This document shows positions 11,147 to 23,600 of a stretch of 64,000 nt of DNA, piece by piece. The notes beneath the pieces are model-generated. The model did not search any database. It saw only the letters and a list, made by a program, of their open reading frames with translations, and was not told where the DNA came from. This DNA is from Macrostomum lignano (lineage: Eukaryota), in NCBI GenBank assembly GCA_002269645.1, contig NIVC01000590.1, forward strand, positions 60,531-124,530, in the 5' to 3' direction. The position numbers and the translations under genes were made by a program. Each line of letters opens with the position of its first letter. Positions within the stretch are counted from its first letter, which is position 1.

Positions 11147-13054
11147 CAGGAATTAATTCTTTTCAATGTTTTAGTACAAGTTAATTAATAATTATTAAGC
11201 CCGCCTCAACATCCCGTAGTCTATCTGTGTGTAGAATATCTTAGTACTTTTTCAATAGACTTTGATAACAAACCATGTAGGACTTCACGATTTTATTGCA
11301 ACTTTAGTTTAGGAATTTAGGATATAGCTTCTATCATAAATACTGTAAACGCAATATTTTTACGAGTATATTTGACTGCCGATTCAATGAACTTGTTTTT
11401 ATACTTTCAAGTGGATAAAAATTTAGTTTTTAGTCTTCGAAAATAAACTTGTGTTGTTTCTAATTGTTGCTTCTATCGAAGATTAGTTTTGTGTTCCGCG
11501 TTTTCTAGTTTTTTGTAGATGAAGTTTGAAGAGAGCTAGCTATCCATAATCTATTTTAAACGCTGTAGGTGAGGATTTATTGGAAATACTCGTAGTTAAT
11601 ATCCAATTAAGTTATTTGTTAGTCTTCAATCAATTTCGCAAATGCAGCTAAACAATCTAAAAATGCTAGTTAGGCATTATACCTGGTATATAAAAATGAG
11701 TAAGCATATCTGGTGTAGTGTTCTACTTCCCACAAAAATCATAAAAATTGTTAACATACTACTTTTACTTTATTCAGTAGTATAGTAAGTATTATGTATA
11801 AAAATAAACTGAATCACATGTTTATTTTTGCCAACCAATCATAAGAAGGTAAAGTCATAAAATATTATTTTTAACAACCAACCAATCATGCCTGACCCAT
11901 AATTTTCAGTTCGAACCCCATCTGTGTTTCATCATTCGGCCTGCACCGAATTAGCCAATCAAAAGTAACTGGTTAAAATTTTACTGGTTTTTCTTGTGTC
12001 AGATGCATGCACATAAACTGCCAGTAATCGTATTAATTCCTATTTTCTCTGTATTTTTGCGTGTGTTGGCCCCCATCGGGCCGTTTTAATTTGTGATTCT
12101 TGTGGCGCACGGAGGTCCAGTTTCAATATTTCTAAATAACTCGTATAACCTGCCTCGCGTCGACTTAACCATCACTCTCACTTCTCCTTATCTCTTCTCT
12201 CGCTCTCGCTCTCAAGAGTTAGTTCATTCTTCGATAATTCGTCCCACTAAAAATTGGACAACTTGTTCCGTAGACGACTAACCACGGTCATGAGTGTAAC
12301 AATTTATCTTGTTAGCGAGTTACATGTAGCTCGTCTTGCAACTGTGTTGTAACGTATTCTAATAAATTACCAGCGCTACTCCTTCCATTTCAAATCTGCA
12401 ATGCTGAAGAAGTTAACATTCCCATTAGAGGCTTGAAAAATGGGACGGCGACGGGACGCGAACTGTAATGAACGCGCTGCAACAGATCTAACATGAAACA
12501 GTTTGGATTAGAGATTATAGCTTTTCATGCGGTATAATTAAGAAAAGATTTGTTCAAATTACGAATTTTATTCATAGAGTATTTCAGTTGAATTCATTGA
12601 ATTGGCTACATCTACATGTCACATGCAGGGGCTGTTAGCCTGTTTTCGATAAAACAGCTAATTTCTATTTAAGAAAAAAGCGTTCAGTTGAAGAGTTTAC
12701 GCTCTTATGAAGACAGAAGACGACTCCTTAGGAATTTCTGTGCCCTCTATTAAAAGAAAACTGGGTTTTCTTTTCCTAGTTAATTCTTTAACTGAATGCA
12801 CCATATCTTTAGCCTACCGGTCTCGTCGCTACAGCAGTTGTTTGTGAAGCCTTCACTGATTAAACCTACTTACTGAAAAATTTACACGTATAATAGCTAG
12901 TAACAACTTAACTAACAAAAAACTATTTAATAACAATAGCTAATCCATAATTTTCGGGCAGAAATGGGGAAATGCTGAGGGTATTTTTTATAATAAATAC
13001 ATTCAGTAAACATGTTAATTAAAGAAACCCACCCCTAAAGCGGGCCCAGGACTA

Positions 13055-13521
13055 CGGGTGACATTTCGTCAACCGGCATTTCATCCACCGGCATTTCGTC
13101 AACTGGTACTTTGTTGATGTACATTTGTAATTAGTTTAGCAGACACGGTGAAGCCAATTCCCGCAGCTGTCGCAGTCGAGTCCGTCATCACCATCATTGA
13201 CGCCCTTTCGGCAAACAGGATATTTTGGAGCTCGCCGACGCCCGCGAGGCATTGTTCAGCTGCATGATGCAATCCCAAGGCGCGACACCATTGAGCACCT
13301 AACGTTTCTACCAAAATTTACTTCCAAGAAGTGTACTCGTTTTAAACAAATTTGGTATCGAATTACCACTGCTTACATTCTCTGACCGGTGCAGCTATAA
13401 TAATCAGCTGCAATTTGCTGAGTATTCCTTAGTGTCTGGTTGACAAAATACCAGTTGACGAAATGCCGGTTGACGAAATGCCGGTTGACGAAATGCCGGT
13501 TGACGAAATTTCCTGGAACCG
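13055..13521. mobile_element. Non-autonomous DNA transposon with 15-bp subterminal tandem repeats
   Basis: TA|CGG...CCG|TA ends. Left repeats ATTTCGTCAACCGGC are inverted relative to right repeats GCCGGTTGACGAAAT. A 3-bp ACT TSD with ACGG..CCGT ends fits equally well. Confidence 0.7.
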
Positions 13522-13766
13522 TACTACGTGTTACTTTTCTCATATCTCGGCCTCATTAAGTGACCCCCATGGAATTCACACCATGCCTGCTCAAATGTGG
13601 GTGGAAGTGGTGCAATTTGCGTTGCAAGGCCCTAGCTTAGGCTGGTGAAGAGAGAGCGGAGAGTTATGGCTTGAGTTGGATTCAAAGCATGCCCTGCAAC
13701 TACTAACCTTGCTTTTAAGTGTTGATTTTCAGAATTCTGGCGCAAGAAACGCAAGTTATACTACTA

Positions 13767-14506
13767 TCCATATACGAGCGTACTACTGACAAGAAATATG
13801 CAAGTTGAAACGCTATCCTAAGCGTGATAATATATGTACATTTCGTACTTCTATATATGGACATTAATCTCGTACTTCTCCCAATCTGTCTCTACGATAA
13901 TTTATAAATTTTCACTGCATACTTCTATATCTACTTCTATATGTACATTAAGTGTGCTTTGTGGGCGGCCGTTTGGTCTTCGTCACTTGCCTAACCCCTA
14001 ACCACTATCTACTTTTCAAAATCTACTTCTTTATGTAAATTATCTACTATTGTACATCCCCGCCAGCTATATTGGAATGCTGGTTGGAATGCTTTGGATT
14101 TGAGAATCTCTACGATGTCGAGGCTTGCAGGGAATCGCTATAATGCTGTAGTAGTGCTATAATGACTCTTAGAGAGAATTACTGAAATTTCAATGCTTTA
14201 GGGTTAGGTTAGGGTTAGGGTTAGGCATAGGGTAAGGGTTAGGGTTAGGGTTAGGTTTAGGGTTAGGCTAGGGTTAGGGTTAGAAGGTTGACAGATATTT
14301 TTAGATTTCCAAGGCTTATTGGGGGCATTGCTGAGATGTCAAGGGGGGAAGTTAATATGTTAAAGCTTGTGGGGGGGAATTACTGACATGTCAAGGCTTA
14401 CAAGGTTTGACAGGAGATTTTTTAATATTTCAAGGATACATGTAGCTTATTAAAAAAACGTGTATTGCATTTCTTTGGCTCCCCAACGGGGGGCGTAGAT
14501 TGCTAG
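13767..14506 (+). mobile_element. Non-autonomous Helitron (740 bp) containing telomeric repeats
   Basis: A|TCCATATAC at the 5' end. GCTCCCC-AAC-GGGGGGC hairpin (14478-14494), 8 nt, then CTAG|T. The 3' end closely resembles that of the large array units. Confidence 0.7.
14198..14283 (+). repeat. Interstitial telomeric-type repeat (TTAGGG)n, about 14 units with variants
   Basis: Direct reading: TTAGGG, TTAGG, ATAGGG, TAAGGG and CTAGGG units. Confidence 0.9.
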
Positions 14507-15602
14507 TTCTCTCTAAGAGGCAGATTTGAATAATTTCCTACTCGAGACACTTGTTTACAATGTATGCTTCAGAGGCTCGAGCTGTACAATCCCCCCTGTA
14601 GAGAGTCCAGTCCATAAAATGCTACTGTAAGTAGAATAACACAAATACTGCTAGAATTTAAAAGCTTGAATTACGATACTATCAGGATTTTAAGGTCATG
14701 ATACTAACTTGAAATTTAAGGCCTCCCTATTCCTAAGGGATTGGATAGGATCCACTGGATCGATTCCTATACTCTTAGACGATCATTGATTTCGATTGAT
14801 TAGGTACCCTTGAGTAACCGATAGGGGCACACGACTCCGATTCCGTTATTTCTAGAAGAAGACGCCCCTTTTTCTGGAGGACCTTGCTTATTAGTTGATT
14901 ATTAGGGCGCATCTCTGATTTTGATTACTGACCACAAGGAACACTAACGTCGACGAATTAAATTTTTACGATTATTTAAGTTGCTCTCGTATTCAGCCGA
15001 CTTCAGAATCGACAAGGAGAACCCTCAGCGCGCGACTACAGCCCGAACTACAATTGAAGAGGAGCCCGCTATCGTAAGTGAACACTAAATTCTGCCCCCA
15101 GACTTACGGTCTGGAAGTGAGAGTTTTTGAGTGACTGATCACCACTCTTAAACTCTTCACACCAAGCAATGGGGTGGTTGCGTCATCCCAACTTCAACCC
15201 TCAAGACTGCGCGAAAGCAACACTTTTATACTTCTATTAACAGTACGGATGATAAATTTCGCGCTTTGAATGGCGATTACGACTGATGCTGGTCTACACT
15301 TTATTCTCTTCCCCTCGCAGCCCCTACGCTCATTTAAAGATGTTGCACAGTTAGCATGTGCAATCACCCTGAATTACCCTGATTCAACTCTGACCATATT
15401 CAGAATTTAACCCTAAAGCAATAAATTTTCGAAAACAGCCACCCCTCCAATGGTCAACAGACTCGTCTTCACAGCGCAGACACCATATAGCAAATCGCGA
15501 CAAAGCACTCGTCCTTGTTCTCTCCGACCAAGCCTTTCCATTTCTAACAGTCAACGCAAATTCCGACCCTCCATTCCCAATGTGCATTCTGATCTTTGTT
15601 GT

Positions 15603-15985
15603 TGTTAAACGGGAATGCTAGGCTAAGCCTGGCGCGGATCAGCCCGGAAGAGAGCTCTGCCGTAGATATTTAGAGTGGTCCACCAGGGGTACTAGACCCG
15701 GGCCACCAAGGATCGGAGATAGGAGTCTTGCCCTAGCAATTGCTCAGGGCTCAACAAATTGAGCAAATTGAACAACGAGAACACCGAGGACCCAACCAGT
15801 GGAATCAGGGAGACGAGTTCTAAGACTGTCACCAGGCCACCACCCCAACGGCATAACCCGAATGTGCGCGCAAAAAGAGAATTGGAAGGAAAAATTTTGG
15901 AAAGAAAAATTTTGGAAAGATTTTGGAAAGCAGGTCTGAGAGCGGGACCCCGGAAATGCCCCGGGCATTGTCTTTACCTGTAACA
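15603..15985. repeat. LTR-like repeat related to about 6582-6950
   Basis: TGTTA...TAACA ends. Shares TGTTAAACGGG, CGCGGATCAGCCC, GCTCTGCCG, CCAGGGG, AGTGGAATCAGGG and GTGCGCG blocks in the same order as 6582-6860. No TSD found. Confidence 0.4.
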
Positions 15986-16149
15986 AGGCATCCAGGGCCC
16001 CGAGTCAGCGGAAAAGGCTATCAGATTGGAACGAGTCTGGGCGAGTCTTCTCACAACTCCTATAGTGCCGCAAGCAACAAGGCTTATTTCGCTACCCAAC
16101 TCTAACTGCCCAAGCCAAGGAACCGGAGAAGGAGCAGAAGCAACTCGAA

Positions 16150-19100
16150 GCGGAAGCGGTGTGGAAGCAACTCGGCCGACCTCCGCTGACACCAACACGC
16201 CTGCGACTCCGGACCTGGACTGGCGAGCCAATACAAGTCAAGGGAACAGCCGAGGTCAGGGTCAACTACGACGGAGGACAGTATGGTAAGCTGCCGCTGG
16301 TGGTCACGAGTCAGACTGGAGCCTGCCCATTGATGGGATGCAATTGGCTGGGAAAAGTGCGACTCAACTGGACTCAGTTGTTTGCCAACCAGATCAGCCA
16401 GGCGCCGGCGCAGAACAGCGGGCCTCTCGACCAGATGCTGGAGGAGTTCGCTGATGTTTTCGACGAGAGCCTGGGGCAGTTGAAGGATCAGACAGTCGCA
16501 CTGAGACTTAAAAGTGACGCACAGCCTCGATTCTGCAAGGCCAGACCCGTGCCATTCGCAGTGCGGGACAAGCTGGAGCTCGAGCTCTAGGACATGCTCA
16601 ACAAAGGCATCATCCGCCCGGTGACCTACAGCGAGTGGGCTACGCCAGTGGTTCCGGTACTCAAGGCGGACGGCTCAGTCCGACTGTGCGGCGACTATAA
16701 ACTGACGTTGAACCCTCAGCTCCACATCGACCAGTACCCGCTGCCTACGCCTGAAGAGCTTTACGAGCAGATGGGACGGGGTCAGCTGTTCTCAAAACTC
16801 GATCTGTCACAATGTTATCTTCAGTTTCCACTCGACGAAGAGAGCTGCAAGCTGACGACCATCAACACGCATAAAGGGTTTTTCGAGTACCTCCGGTTGC
16901 CATTTGGCGTCAGTTCGGCTCTTGCGATTTGCCAGAGGCTGATGGAAACACTTTTGAAGGGCGTGCCGGGAGTCTGTTGCCGCATTGATGACATCCTGGT
17001 CTCCGGTCCGTCAATAAGTGAGCACCTAGCAGCGCTTCGCGAGGTACTGACCAGGCTGAGAGCGGCGGGCTTGCGGCTGAAGCGAATCAAGTGCAAATTT
17101 CTGCAAGAAGAAGTCGAATACCTGGGCTCGTTGCTGAGCAAGGACGGAGTCAAGAAGCTGCCTCAGAAGGTGGAAGCAATAGTCAACAGCCCGAAGCCAG
17201 TGACAGTATCAGAGCTGCGATCATTCTTGGGCCTCGCAAACTACTATGCTCGACATGTCAAGGACTTCTCCACGATCGCTGCTCCTCTGTATAAACTTTT
17301 GAGGAAGGAGACGGACTGGCGGTGGGCTGAGACGGAGGACCGAGCCTGGGACCATCTTAAGCAAGAACTGAGTTCGGACAGCGTGCTGACACATTTCAAC
17401 GAGCAGCTTCCAGTGGTGGTGGCCGCGGATTCTTCATCGGTCGGCATCGGCGCGGTGCTGTCCCACACGATGGAGGACGGCTCGGAACGGCCGGTGACTT
17501 TTGCTTCCAGGACGCTGTCAGCAGCGGAGCGAAATTACTCGCAAATTGAGAAAGAAGCCCTCGTCATCGTGTTCGCCATCAAGCGGTTCCACCAGTACCT
17601 GTTCGGCCGGAGCTTCACGATAATTACGGATCATCAGCCGTTGACGACGATTTTCGGACCGAAGGTTGGCATCTCCCCGACTGCAGCAGGGCGACTTCAG
17701 AGATGGGCACTGCTGCTGTCAGGGTACAGCTACAGCATCCGGTTCCGCAAGACTGCTCAGCACAGCAACGCAGACGGCCTGTCTCGCTTGCCCCTGCAGA
17801 TGAAGGACGACAGCCCAGACGACGACGATCGGGTCTGTCAGCTGACGGGCGAGTTTCCATTGACGGCGGCGGATGTAGTTGCAGCAACAAAGCGAGATGA
17901 CGAGCTCCGAGATGTTCTCCGGATGATAATGACTGGCTGGCCAGAGTCGGTTCCCCCGGGGCTCGAGCCCTACTTTCGTCGTCGACTAGAACTAAGCGTG
18001 GAAGACGGCTGCGTGATCTGGGGAACTCGCGTGCTGGTTCCGGAAGCGTTGCGACCTGGAGTTCTGCGCGAGTTACACGTGGAACATTTCGGCATGGCCC
18101 GGATGAAAAGTGTCGCCAGAATCTTCGTCTGGTGGCCAGGAATGGATTCTGACATCGAGTCGGTTGCCAGCAGCTGCCAAGCCTGCCAATCCGTTAAGCT
18201 GCATCCGGTGCTGGCTCCACTGCACCCCTGGGTGTGGCCAGACCAGCCCTGGGACCGCATCCACGTTGATTTTGCCGGGCCGGTTCGAGGCCGCCAGTTT
18301 CTCCTCGTAGTCGACGCGCACTCAAAGTGGCCGCATGTGGAGGCCGTGTCAACACTCGAATCGGCCGAGCTGGTTCGTAAGCTGCGAGTGTTGTTTGCAC
18401 AATGGGGCCTGCCGAGAGAACTGGTATCGGACAACGGTCCAGCATTCATCAGTCAAGGATTTAGCGATTTCTGCAAAGCAAATGGAATTCGCCACACAAG
18501 AAGCAGTCCATATCACGCCAAGACCAACGGACTGGTGGAACGGCTGGTGAAGTCGTTCAAGATGGCCATGGAGGCGTCACGAAGCAGTCAGCCGGACCTC
18601 GACATCCGCCTGTGCAACTGGCTGCTGGGCTACCGAGCTAGTCCGCACCCAACGACCGGTCGGACACCAGCGGAGCTCTTCCTGAAGCGGCAGCTCCGGA
18701 CTCGAATGGACCTGCTGAGGCCGTCAGCCCGGGATCGAGTACTGCGGGAGCAATCTGCCCAGAAACGACAGCACGACCGGCGGTCGCGGGAGCTGCCGGA
18801 GGAGCCGTGGTCGGAGGCCTGGGCCAGGGACTACCGGCCTAATGCGGCGGTCTGGCAACCAGCAAAAGTTCTCGAGCAGACTGGACCGCTGAGCTTCCGA
18901 GTCGAAACGAGCGACGGCCTGACCTGGCGCCGTCATGCCGACCAACTGCGGGGCCGGCGAGTCGAGAGCGACAAACCTGACGGTCCGGCAGCCGGGACCG
19001 AGCCAGCTGAAGCTGCGGACTCGACCGGGACCGGCGCGGAGCACCCGGAGCCGGAGCCGCCAGACGCGCCCTGCGGACTGCAGCCTGCACGCCGGCGACG

Positions 19101-19364
19101 GCCACCTGAGAAGCTGACCTACTCGAAACTCGGGAGCTGTGATTGATAGGGAGCGGACTTCTTCTGAGAGGGGAAAAGTGTCATGACTTATGGGGTGGGG
19201 GCCGCGTGGTAGGGGTGGAGCTTGTCTAGTAAGCCTAGTTAGCAGTACGTACGGTAATGTACATGCGCGGGCCACCGTGCCCCTTGGCCTATAAAATATA
19301 CAGAGCGTGGAGGGTTTTGCCTCAACTGAGTTTACTCCAGAATAAGCGACTTGACTTCATTACA
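16150..19364 (+). mobile_element. 5'-truncated Gypsy LTR retrotransposon with 186-bp 3' LTR
   Basis: PPT GAGAGGGGAAAAG at 19166-19178. LTR 19179-19364 reads TGTCATGA...TCATTACA and contains TATAAAA. No 5' LTR, gag or protease active site upstream. Confidence 0.85.
16159..19146 (+). pseudogene. Gypsy pol (partial protease, RT, RNase H, integrase) with one in-frame TAG
   Basis: Protease C-half (WKQLGRP...LMGCNWL), RT (RIDD), RNase H (DSS...EKEAL...TDH), integrase HHCC and D,D,E (DFAG, DNG, LVER). TAG at 16588-16590 is in frame between the two listed ORFs. Confidence 0.9.
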
Positions 19365-19754
19365 GAATCATCCTTCAATTTAACGATTCCCCGCTATACA
19401 CTCTAGTCATATTCAAAATTCAACCCAAGACTATGAATATTCATCAATACGAATAGGGACGCCAATTCTTTACCACCGCTTAAATGCCATAACTGACCCT
19501 CAGTCCTTACAACTCCAGGTGACAGGGAAGCCTCCCAAAATATCACGTGACCAGCCCGAGAAGTATAAAACTCCGGCCGGAAATCGACAGGGGATCTCGG
19601 GCATCTTTATTACTCTTAGACAAATGGTATATTTTAGAAGAATGGCCACTGCTTTTCATCGACTATTACTCTTCTAGCACTAGTCTAACACTATCGACTA
19701 ATACTCCATCGGATACAAACATTTGGAGTAAACCGGACCCCCATTTTTCGGAGT

Positions 19755-20050
19755 ATGAGAGGTAGTAGGAAGACGGAGCTGTCTACAGAGAAGTCTGTCA
19801 CCAGTGCGTTTTTGGACAGTAGAGGGTGGAGAGCGGTCAAGCTAGTCAAGGATGGCGACGTGGAACCAAACCCGGGAACGTGCGCCAGGTGTGGCAAGAA
19901 CATCGTCAGAGGTCAAAACCCTGTCGTCTGTATAGTGCTTGCGCATGAGAAGTCCACGGCAGTTTCTCAGGCCTGACAAGGGCTGGTCAAAGTAAAGTGA
20001 AAGAAAACAAGAAGGACTGGAAGTGTGGCGAATGTGTAGGCTACAAGAAG
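19755..20050 (+). mobile_element. Non-LTR retrotransposon 5' remnant: 2A-like motif plus frameshifted PHD finger
   Basis: RGWRAVKLVKDGDVEPNPG-T followed by CARC...C, then after frameshifts VHGS..GL...WKCGEC. Confidence 0.55.
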
Positions 20051-20611
20051 AATGGTATCTTGGAGATAGGGCGGAAGTGGAAGAGAGGCGCAGAAGTTGT
20101 ATTGAGAAGATCGAAAAGGGGCTGCAGATGCGCTAAGAAAAGCTGTGGCTGCAAGATCAAGGTTACAAGGTCAATGTCAAGGTCACAGCAGAACAATTAC
20201 GCTCGTATATGTGCTAATAAATAGCATTCATTGTCTATAGCGTTAATTGGAGATATAAAAGAAATAAAAAGTGGAGCCTCAGAGCTCAGGGCGCAAGGAG
20301 CCAAGTTTAATTTTACGCAGCAACTCAGACCAGAACCAAGCCACAACACTTGCCACAGAGATAAATTTTAAAATGTATGAAAAATCTCGAGTGCGAAATA
20401 TTTTGTCTCAGCATTAAGAAGTTACTTGCTGACAATCAAGCTAGCAGCTGGCTCGTATCCAGTTTATGCAACCAACTGAAACAAACAGTTGGTCTAAGGA
20501 TTTTAGACATCCTGTTAAGCTCAATGAGGCATTTACAATGTCCTTGGACGTAAAATTCCATAAGTTCAACATTGCATTCAATCTTGCGAAAATCACTTTT
20601 TGACTTGTTGA

Positions 20612-21839
20612 TCGTGTCTGGGTCAATCGTGTCTGGGTCAATCGTGTCTGGGTCAATCGTGTCTGGGTCAATCGTGTCTGGGTCAATCGGTCTGGGTCAA
20701 TCGTGTCTGGATCAATATTGTCTGGATCAACCGTGCCTGCATCAATATTGTCTGGATCAACCGTGCCTGCATCAATATTGTCTGGATCAACCGTGCCTGC
20801 ATCAATATTGTCTGGATCAACCGTGCCTGCATCAATATTGTCTGGATCAACCGTGCCTGCATCAATATTGTCTGGATCAACCGTGCCTGCATCAATATTG
20901 TCTGGATCAACCGTACCTGCATCAATATTGTCTGGATCAACCGTGCCTGCATCAATATTGTCTGGATCAACCGTACCTGTATCAATATTGTCTGAATCAA
21001 TCGTACCTGGATCAACCGTGCCTGCATCAATATTGTCTGGATCAACCGTGCCTGCATCAATATTGTCTGGATCAACCGTGCCTGCATCAATATTGTCTGG
21101 ATCAACCGTGCCTGCATCAATATTGTCTGGATCAACCGTGCCTGCATCAATATTGTCTGGATCAACCGTGCCTGCATCAATATTGTCTGGATCAACCGTG
21201 CCTGCATCAATATTGTCTGGATCAACCGTGCCTGCATCAATATTGTCTGGATCAACCGTGCCTGCATCAATATTGTCTGGATCAACCGTGCCTGCATCAA
21301 TATTGTCTGGATCAACCGTGCCTGCATCAATATTGTCTGGATCAACCGTGCCTGCATCAATATTGTCTGGATCAACCGTGCCTGCATCAATATTGTCTGG
21401 ATCAACCGTACCTGCATCAATATTGTCTGGATCAACCGTGCCTGCATCAATATTGTCTGGATCAACCGTACCTGTATCAATATTGTCTGAATCAATCGTA
21501 CCTGGATCAACCGTGCCTGCATCAATATTGTCTGGATCAACCGTGCCTGCATCAATATTGTCTGGATCAACCGTGCCTGGATCAACCGTGCCTGCATCAA
21601 TATTGTCTGGATCAACCGTGCCTGCATCAATATTGTCTGGATCAACCGTGCCTGCATCAATATTGTCTGGATCAACCGTACCTGTATCAATATTGTCTGA
21701 ATCAATCGTACCTGGATCAATTGTGTCTGGGTCAATCGTGTCTGGGTCAATCATGTCTGGATCAGTCGTGTCAGGATCAATCGTGTCTGGGTCAATCTTG
21801 TCTGGGTCATGCCGTCTCTGGGTCAAAGAGCCAACCCCG
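20612..21839. repeat. Minisatellite: 30-bp core TATTGTCTGGATCAACCGTGCCTGCATCAA flanked by 15-bp TCGTGTCTGGGTCAA units
   Basis: Direct tandem periodicity, which gives 10-aa repeats in the ORF track. The array ends in CCCCG|TA. Confidence 0.95.
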
Positions 21840-22324
21840 TAAAGTAGCATTAAAATGCATTCTTATCTGAAAAATCTGATTATCAGGGTTTTGACTCTTT
21901 TTAAAAAGAAATTAACTAAATTGTAAAAAAAGTAGCAGAGATCTACCGAAAAGTCGATGCCATGCTTCATTCACTTGCTGTCCTTATCAACAGGCTCAAA
22001 ATCATAAGACCTGATTAGTCGAAGGTTAAACTCTAAAACTTTTCTCAATTGGTTTTATCATTTTCAGAAAGCAATCGCCAATTTTTTTTTTGCGGAGAAA
22101 AGTTCGAACTCAATGTCGCTCCAGACATGCGCTATCTCAGGGTTGGAAGCCTAAAAAGAATTCGGGTGTCACAGACCGCGCATTTTGATGAGCAAACTGA
22201 TCCAACTGTGAGGGCCGAGTGTTATCAGCTCAACCCCTGTGGTTTCCAAGCGACGGTTTTAATGGTCTCTTAAATCGCATAAACCTACGAATTTTCAGTT
22301 GATAAAACAGAGGAGACCGATCGC

Positions 22325-22752
22325 TTGAGTCACATTGCACTGAGTTTGGATGTCATTGCACTGATTTCGGGTGTCATTGCATTGAGTTTAGGTGTCATTG
22401 CACTGAGTTTGTGTGTCATTGCACTGAGTTTAGGTGTCATTGTACTGAGTTTGTGTGTCATTGCACTGAGTTTAGGTGTCATTGTACTGAGTTTGTGTGT
22501 CATTGCACTGAGATTGGGTGTCATTGCACTGAGATTGGGTGTCATTGCTCTGAGTTTAGATGTCATTGCTCTGAGTTTGGGTGTCATTGCACTGAGATTG
22601 GGTGTCATTGCACTGAGATTGGGTGTCATTGCACTGAGTTTAGATGTCATTGCTCTGAGTTTGGGTGTCATTGCATTGAGTTTGGGTGTCATTGCATTGA
22701 GTTTGGGTGTCATTGCATTGAGTTTGGGCTTCATAGCACTGAGTTTGTGTCA
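22325..22752. repeat. 21-bp minisatellite (GTGTCATTGCACTGAGTTTGG)
   Basis: About 20 tandem units; 7-aa periodicity in the ORF track. Confidence 0.95.
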
Positions 22753-23439
22753 TCGCGCAGCGGTTTCAAAAAAGTTTAAATGGCTTGCTGGCTGACAGAC
22801 TTAAAAATTTTTCACCGATTTTAGAGAAAAAAATTAGTCTACTGCTCTTCGTACCTATCAAAATCAAACAAAAAATTATCTTATCGAAATCATCCATTTT
22901 TCATAGCTATTGCAGTAACAACTCTTGAATCATTTATATCTCCTTTTGCGATAACGAGCACTTGAAAAGGTATACGCTCGTATTAATGCTCAACCCGAGA
23001 CGCGCCTTAGAAGTTTATGAAATCAATTTTGTGTTTTTGATTTCCAGAGCACTCTTTGCTTCACTCCCTGACCCTGAAAAGTAATTAAAGGTATTTTAGG
23101 CACTCATTTTTAGTGCCTAACTCAATCGTTCTTACGGAAAAATTACTCAGCAATTAGGCAACTTACCGCGCACTTTAGGAAGAACCGACAGCCGAAGCAC
23201 AGCATCTCTAAGTACCATGGCTTGGCGGCATCTTCGCGACTGGCTGCTCGCATTGTTGTGGGCCACCGCATCTGTTGAAGCTGCCGATGTGGCCTCGCCC
23301 AATGGCTTTGCATTTGGTAAGCCTTCTGCCCCTCTGCTTCGAATCTTAAGTTGCTTCAGATCTTTAGCTTGAGTTGCTTGCGTCATGGCCATTGACGTAT
23401 TATGCTTGAGACAGTTAGGGCATGCTTGGGAAATTCTTG

Positions 23440-23600
23440 TCTAGGTCATTATTGTGTGGGTCATTATTGTGTGGGTCTTTCTTGTGTGGGTCATTTTTGT
23501 GTATCATTATTGTGTGGGTCATTATTGTGTGGGTTATTCTTGTTTTGGGTAATTCTTGATTGGTCATTATTGTGTGGGTCATTCTTGTGTGGGTCAGAGC
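23440..23600. repeat. 15-bp tandem repeat (TCATTATTGTGTGGG)
   Basis: Direct reading; shares the GGGTCA core with the 15-mers at 20612-21810. Confidence 0.85.

Noticed and set aside
12295-12418. Possible solo LTR (TGTAACA...GTTAACA with AATAAA)
   Set aside because: Only 124 bp, no TSD and no second copy in the window.
14700-15590. Possibly a very old coding remnant
   Set aside because: No motif could be recognised in any frame.
16588-16590. Programmed readthrough of the in-frame TAG in the Gypsy pol
   Set aside because: It is not at a gag-pol boundary, is one substitution from CAG, and the element shows other decay.
20441-21870. Long ORFs on both strands (DPDNIDAGTV, CLDQPCLHQY and SGSTVPASIL repeats)
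   Set aside because: They arise from a stop-free 30-bp minisatellite, are open in four frames at once, and have no unique coding flanks or splice context.
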